From: Candidatus Eiseniibacteriota bacterium
Lineage (GTDB): Bacteria; Eisenbacteria; RBG-16-71-46
Direction of reading: 5' to 3'
NCBI GenBank assembly: GCA_044223005.1
Contig: JBGAML010000003.1
Location: 256,001-320,000 of the forward strand
DNA: 64,000 bases
Both the position numbers and the translations under genes were made by a program. Shown here in pieces: positions 58,949 to 64,000 of the stretch. How positions within the stretch are numbered: the stretch's first letter is position 1; the number at the start of each line of letters is the position of its first letter. The notes under the pieces were generated by a model that searched no databases, was not told where the DNA came from, and worked only from the letters and a program-made list of their open reading frames with translations.

Positions 58949-60136
58949 GTGAATCCCCCCGACGATCCCCGCCCGGCCCTCGACACGAAGGCCGTCCACG
59001 GCCCGCACCTCGGGCAGGTGGGCGGCATGAGCACGCCCATCGTCCACAGCGCGACCTTCTCGTTCGCCAACCTCGACGAGATGCTCGTGGAACAGCAGCG
59101 GCAGTCGGCTGGTGCGTTCTACCAGCGCAAGGGCCACCCGACGATCGCCGCGGCCGAGGCGCGGCTCGCGGACCTCGAGGGTGCCGAGGCCGCGCTGCTG
59201 TTCCCCTCCGGCATGGCGGCGATCTCGTGCGCGTTCCTCGCGACGCTGCGCTCCGGCGATCACGTGGTGTGCGTGGACCCGTGCTACGGCGGCACGCAGG
59301 CGCTGCTGAACTGGGGCCGCGATCGCTTCGGCTGGACGTTCACGTACGTGGACGCACGCCGGCCCGAAACGTGGGAGGCGGCATTCACGCCGGCCACGAA
59401 GCTGCTGCACCTGGAGACGCCGATCAATCCCACGCTCGTCGTGTTCGACCTCGAACGCGCGGCCGCGCTGGGGCGCGCGCGCGGCTGCGTGGTGACGTGC
59501 GACAACACGATCGCCTCGCCGATCGGGCAGCAGCCGCTCGCGTGGGGCTGCGATCTGTCGCTCTACAGCGCGACCAAGTCGATCGGCGGCCACAGCGACC
59601 TGCTGGCGGGCGCGGCGATGGGCTCGGCGAAGGTGATGGCCGGCGTGCACAAGGCGCGCGAGGTGTTCGGCCCGATCGCCGAGCCGACGATGGCGTGGAT
59701 GGTCGAGCGCAGCCTGAAGACGCTGCCGCTGCGCGTGCGCGCGCAGAACGCCAACGCGCTCGAACTCGCGACGCGCTTGCAGCGGCACGCGGCGGTCGCG
59801 CAGGTGTTCTACCCCGGGCTGCCCTCGCATCCGGGGCACGACGTCGCGGTGCGGCAGATGCGCGAAGGCTTCGGGCCGCTTCTGTCGATCGACGTGCGCG
59901 GCGGGGCGGAAGCGGCGCTCCGGGTCGTGAACCACCTGCGGCTCGTCCGCCACGGGGCCAGCCTCGGCGGCGTGGAATCGCTGGCCTCGCTCGCGGCGTT
60001 CACGTCGCACCAGGTGCTGGGCAAGGAGGGCCGGGCGCGCGCCGGGATCCCGGAGGGACTGGTGCGGATTTCGGCCGGGGTCGAGGCCGTGGACGACCTC
60101 TGGGCCGACCTCGAGCAGGCGCTCGGCCACGCCTGA
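58949..60136 (+). CDS. Cys/Met metabolism PLP enzyme (methionine gamma-lyase-like)
   Basis: TPIVHSATF, SGMAAI, ETPINP, DNT, YSATKSIGGHSD and SLGGVESL motifs. Confidence 0.9.
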   Translation: MNPPDDPRPALDTKAVHGPHLGQVGGMSTPIVHSATFSFANLDEMLVEQQRQSAGAFYQRKGHPTIAAAEARLADLEGAEAALLFPSGMAAISCAFLATLRSGDHVVCVDPCYGGTQALLNWGRDRFGWTFTYVDARRPETWEAAFTPATKLLHLETPINPTLVVFDLERAAALGRARGCVVTCDNTIASPIGQQPLAWGCDLSLYSATKSIGGHSDLLAGAAMGSAKVMAGVHKAREVFGPIAEPTMAWMVERSLKTLPLRVRAQNANALELATRLQRHAAVAQVFYPGLPSHPGHDVAVRQMREGFGPLLSIDVRGGAEAALRVVNHLRLVRHGASLGGVESLASLAAFTSHQVLGKEGRARAGIPEGLVRISAGVEAVDDLWADLEQALGHA

Positions 60137-60257
60137 CGCGGACCTGACGATCGCCGCTGCCGGCCGGCGTTCGACGGGCCCGCCCGCGGGGCCGTGTGCT
60201 ATCCTTTCCGCCGCTCGAACCCAAGCCCCGACCCCATCGACCGGGAGGAGATGCCTC

Positions 60258-60899
60258 GTGAAGCGCCTGTGGATCGTGTCGCTCGCCATGCTGGGGATCC
60301 TCGTCGCCACCGCGGTCTTCGCGGCGCCCGTGCCGGCGTCCAAGCCGGCGGCCGCGGCCAAGCCCGCGCCGGCGGCCGTCGACAGCCTGACCCTGCTCGA
60401 GCGCGACGTCGCGCGCGATTCGACCAGGTTCGAGAAGGTGAACGCGCTCGGCGTCATGTACATGGATCGCGAGCGCATGCAGGACGCGCTCACGGTGCTG
60501 GGCCGCGCGAACCGGCTGCAGCCGGGCAACGTGAAGGTGCTCGTCAACATGGGCATCGCGGCGGACGCGCTCGGGCATCCCGAGGAGGCGCAGGGCTACT
60601 ACCAGAAGGCGATGGGCCTCGCGCCGGCCGATTCGATCGCGTCGTGCCACATGGCGTCGTCGCTCTACGCCCAGGGCAAGTACGAACCGGCGATGACGCT
60701 GCTGCGTTCGATCCTCGCCAAGCAGCCGCGCGCCTACTGCGCCTACTTCTACATGGGCGTGGCGTTCGCCGACGCGGGCATCTACCGCGACGCGATCCGG
60801 ATGTGGAAGAAGGTCGTCGAGATCGCGCCCGAGTCGTCCGACGCGACGAGCGCGCGCGAATCGATCGACGTCCTGGAGAAATTCCTGCAGAACAAGTGA
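60258..60899 (+). CDS. Secreted TPR-repeat protein
   Basis: GGAGGAG RBS, signal peptide and ~4 TPRs. Confidence 0.85.
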   Translation: MKRLWIVSLAMLGILVATAVFAAPVPASKPAAAAKPAPAAVDSLTLLERDVARDSTRFEKVNALGVMYMDRERMQDALTVLGRANRLQPGNVKVLVNMGIAADALGHPEEAQGYYQKAMGLAPADSIASCHMASSLYAQGKYEPAMTLLRSILAKQPRAYCAYFYMGVAFADAGIYRDAIRMWKKVVEIAPESSDATSARESIDVLEKFLQNK

Positions 60900-61005
60900 C
60901 CCGGCGCGCGCCGGGTGCGCGTGCGGACGATCGGGCGCGGCGCATCCCGCGAGGGCGCCGCGCCTTTTTCATTGTCGCGGCCGTGTCCGCGCTCGGAGAC
61001 CTCAC

Positions 61006-62157
61006 GTGATCTACCTCGACCACAACGCCTCGACGCCCGTGCGGCCCGACGTCGCCGATGCGATGCATGCGGCGCTGCGCGATCTCGGCGCCAATCCGTC
61101 GAGCACGCACCGCGACGGCCAGCGCGTGCGCGCCGCGGTCGAGGAGGCGCGCGAGCACGTCGCGGCGCTGGTCGGCGCGCGTGCGGGCGAGGTGGTGTTC
61201 GTGTCGGGGGGCACCGAGGGCGACCACCTCGCGATCGTCGGCGCGGCGATCGCGCAGCGCGAGGCGGGGCGACGCGTCGCGTACGCCGCGATCGAGCACC
61301 ACGCGGTGCACGGGGCCTCCGAACTGCTCGCCGACCTGGGCTGGGCGCACGCGACGCTCGCCTGCGACGCCGACGGCGTCACGCGTCCGGAGGGCGTGGA
61401 CGCGCTGCCGGCGGACACCACCGTGGTGTCGGTGATGCTCGCCAACAACGAGACGGGCGTGCTGCAGCCGGTCGCCGAGATCGCCGCCCGTGTGCACGCG
61501 CGCGGCATGCGCGTCCACTGCGACGCCGTGCAGGCCGCGGGCAAGGTCGCGGTCGACGCGGCCGCGCTGGACGCCGACTATCTCGTGATCTCGGGGCACA
61601 AGTTCGGCGGACCCAAGGGCGCGGGCGCGCTGGTGGTGCGCCGGAACGCGCCGCTCTCGCCGCTGCAGCGTGGCACCGGCCACGAGCGGGGCCGCCGCGG
61701 CGGCACCGAGAACGTGCCGGGCATCGTCGGGCTCGGGCTCGCCGCGAAGCGCGCCGCGGAGGAACTCGCGGACGAGTCCGCGCGCCTCGCCGAACTGCGC
61801 GACCGGCTCGAGGCCGGGCTGCGCGCGTTCGCTCCCGACGTGGTGATCCACGGGGCGCGCGTCGCGAGGCTGCCCAACACGGTCAACGCCTCGTTCCCCG
61901 GCGCGCGCGCCGACCACCTGCTGCTCGCGCTCGACGCGCGCGGCATCGCCGCCTCGGCGGGCGCCGCCTGCGCCAGCGGGGCGGTGGAGCCTTCGCCGGT
62001 GCTCGCGGCGATGGGCGTGCCGCGCGAGCTGGCGATCTCGGCCTTGCGCTTCTCGCTCGGCCGCACGACGACCGCCGACGAGGTCGAGCGCTCGCTCGCC
62101 GGCATCGCGGACGCCGTCCGCGCGGCCCGCGCGAGCGCGGCCCGGAGCGGCGCGTGA
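61006..62157 (+). CDS. Cysteine desulfurase (IscS/NifS group)
   Basis: YLDHNAST, NPSS, NNETG, HCDAVQ, SGHKFGGPKG, GTEN and GAACASG motifs. Confidence 0.94.
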   Translation: MIYLDHNASTPVRPDVADAMHAALRDLGANPSSTHRDGQRVRAAVEEAREHVAALVGARAGEVVFVSGGTEGDHLAIVGAAIAQREAGRRVAYAAIEHHAVHGASELLADLGWAHATLACDADGVTRPEGVDALPADTTVVSVMLANNETGVLQPVAEIAARVHARGMRVHCDAVQAAGKVAVDAAALDADYLVISGHKFGGPKGAGALVVRRNAPLSPLQRGTGHERGRRGGTENVPGIVGLGLAAKRAAEELADESARLAELRDRLEAGLRAFAPDVVIHGARVARLPNTVNASFPGARADHLLLALDARGIAASAGAACASGAVEPSPVLAAMGVPRELAISALRFSLGRTTTADEVERSLAGIADAVRAARASAARSGA

Positions 62158-63281
62158 GCCCGCTCAAGGTGCTCGCCGCCATGAGCGGGGGCGTGGACTC
62201 GGCGGTGGCCGCGGCGCTCGCGGCCGAGGCCGGGCACGAGGTGACGGGCGTCACGCTCAAGCTCGCGTGCTACGGCAAGGCGCCCGCGAGCCCGCGTGCG
62301 TGCTGCACGCTGGATGCGATCGACGACGCACGCCGCACGGCGATGCGCATGGGCTTCACGCACCACGTGCTCGACGCGGAGGAAGTGTTCCGCGAGCGCG
62401 TGCTGCAGCCGTTCGCGGACGCGTACGCCGAGGGGCGGACGCCCTATCCCTGCGCGCTCTGCAACCAGCACCTCAAGTTCGGCGATCTCGTGCGCCGCAT
62501 GGAGCTGACCGGCGCGGACCGGCTCGTGACCGGGCACTACGCGCAGGTGCGCGAGGTGATGCCGGGCGAGTGGGGGCTCTTTCGCGCGGTGGACGGCGCC
62601 AAGGACCAGACGTACGCGCTCGCGCTCGTGCCCTACGCGGCGCTGGCACGCACGGAGTTCCCGCTCGGCGCGCTCGACAAGCACGCGGTGCGCGAGCACG
62701 CCCGGCGCCTGGGCCTCTCGGTGTGGGACAAGCCGGAGAGTCAGGATCTCTGCTTCGTGCCCGACGGCGATTACGCCGGGCACCTCGTGCACGTGCTCGG
62801 CGAGCGCCGCGGCACCGAGCCCGGCGCGTTCGTGGACGCGCACGGCCGGCGCGTCGGCACGCACCGCGGCATCCTCCACTACACGATCGGCCAGCGCCGC
62901 GGTCTGGGGCTGCCCGCGGCGGAGCCGCTGTACGTGCTCGCGATCGACGCGGCCGCGAACACGGTGACCGTCGGCGCCCGCGCCGAACTCGATGCGCCCG
63001 GGCTCGTCACCGGGCCCATGAACTGGCTCGCGCCGGTGCCCCCTGTGGACGGCACGCGCGTGACGGTGCGGATCCGCTACAACCACGCGGGCGCCGCGGC
63101 CACGGTGCACGCTGCCGCCGAGGGCGGGGTCACGCTGCGCTTCGAGACGCCGCAGGCCGCGGTGACGCCGGGGCAGCTCGCGGTGCTCTACGACGGGGAT
63201 CGCTGCCTCGGCGGCGCGCCCATCGCGCGCGCGCTCGATCCGGCGGAGGTCGCGATGCCGGCCGCGGAAGGCGCGGCGTGA
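62154..63281 (+). CDS. mnmA: tRNA 2-thiouridylase MnmA
   Basis: AMSGGVDS, PCALCN, TGHYA, KDQTY, ESQDLCF, YTIGQRRG and TPGQ motifs. Confidence 0.96.
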   Translation: MSPLKVLAAMSGGVDSAVAAALAAEAGHEVTGVTLKLACYGKAPASPRACCTLDAIDDARRTAMRMGFTHHVLDAEEVFRERVLQPFADAYAEGRTPYPCALCNQHLKFGDLVRRMELTGADRLVTGHYAQVREVMPGEWGLFRAVDGAKDQTYALALVPYAALARTEFPLGALDKHAVREHARRLGLSVWDKPESQDLCFVPDGDYAGHLVHVLGERRGTEPGAFVDAHGRRVGTHRGILHYTIGQRRGLGLPAAEPLYVLAIDAAANTVTVGARAELDAPGLVTGPMNWLAPVPPVDGTRVTVRIRYNHAGAAATVHAAAEGGVTLRFETPQAAVTPGQLAVLYDGDRCLGGAPIARALDPAEVAMPAAEGAA

Positions 63282-64000
63282 GCGCGCTCGCCACCCGCAC
63301 GCTGGAGCGCTGCCTCGCGTGCGGCCGCGGCCCGCTGCGGCCGCTGGCGATGCGCTACGAGTGGGAGGGCGGCGCGTTCCCGCTGGTCGAGTGCGCGGCG
63401 TGCGGCATGCGCGGCCTGGGTGTGCAGCCGGTGGGCGAGACGATCGCGCGCATGTACTCGGCCGAGTACTTCCGGACCGACTTCCGCTGCGGGCGCAGCG
63501 ACACGCACTCGTTCGACGAGCAGGCGTTCCGCGACGAGAACGACGGGTTGCTCGCGCGCTTCGAACCCTATCGCGGCGCCGGCCGGCTGCTCGAGGTCGG
63601 CTGCGCGTCGGGCTGGCTGCTGCACCACGCCGCCCGGCGCGGGTGGGCCGTGCGCGGCGTCGAGTTCTCCGCCGACGCCGTCGCGCACGCGCGCGCGCTC
63701 GGGCTCGCCGTGGAGCAGGGCGCGCTCGAGGATGTGACGCTGCCCGAAGCCGCGTTCGATCTCGTCTACATGGGCGACGTGCTCGAGCACGTGCCGGACT
63801 GCCACGACACCGTGAATCGCGTCGCGACGCTGCTCGCGCCGGGCGGCCACTTCTTCCTGCGCGGCCCCATCACCACGCACTCGATCGCGCGCGCGCTCGC
63901 CCTCGCGGCGTTCGGGGCGGCGGGCCGCGCGATCGTCCTGAACGAGCCGCCCTACCACCTGTGGGAGTTCACGCCGCGCACGCTCGCGGGGCTCTGCCGC
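63278..64000 (+). CDS. Class I SAM-dependent methyltransferase with N-terminal CxxC...CxxC (3'-truncated)
   Basis: GTG overlaps the mnmA stop; CLACG...CAACG, LLEVGCASG, GVEFS and DVLEHVPD motifs; open to the window end. Confidence 0.85.
   Translation, partial: MSALATRTLERCLACGRGPLRPLAMRYEWEGGAFPLVECAACGMRGLGVQPVGETIARMYSAEYFRTDFRCGRSDTHSFDEQAFRDENDGLLARFEPYRGAGRLLEVGCASGWLLHHAARRGWAVRGVEFSADAVAHARALGLAVEQGALEDVTLPEAAFDLVYMGDVLEHVPDCHDTVNRVATLLAPGGHFFLRGPITTHSIARALALAAFGAAGRAIVLNEPPYHLWEFTPRTLAGLCR

Overview
This is very GC-rich bacterial chromosomal DNA, densely coded and mostly housekeeping. Genes in order: yajC-def-fmt-rsmB-PASTA-rpe, ffh-rpsP, serS, porX-like-tsaE-tsaB/rimI-accD-folC-lptD, copA, cbs-cgl, oxoprolinase A/B, nagZ, S41 protease, ptrB, iscS-like-mnmA. 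A PorX-like regulator next to tsaE, a T9SS/FlgD-like C-terminal domain and D-S/T-hydrophobic motifs suggest an FCB-superphylum-related organism (inference). I found no rRNA, tRNA, CRISPR array or transposase. Best findings: (1) A hidden selenoprotein gene at 33916-35358, split by the ORF track at an in-frame TGA (PCG-U motif plus a SECIS-like hairpin). It joins a metal-site-degenerate UshA/5'-nucleotidase-like domain to a tetraheme c-type cytochrome. (2) An ECF sigma / membrane Ser/Thr kinase / secreted TPR-CHAT protease cassette, where the kinase ectodomain and the protease share an RGIGG(M/L)APAP motif that may be a cleavage site. (3) Strong enrichment of Bacteroidota-type O-glycosylation sequons in exported proteins. 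(4) An RsmB with a ~390-aa tandem-repeat Arg-rich N-terminal extension. All calls come from motif recognition by eye; no database searches were run.
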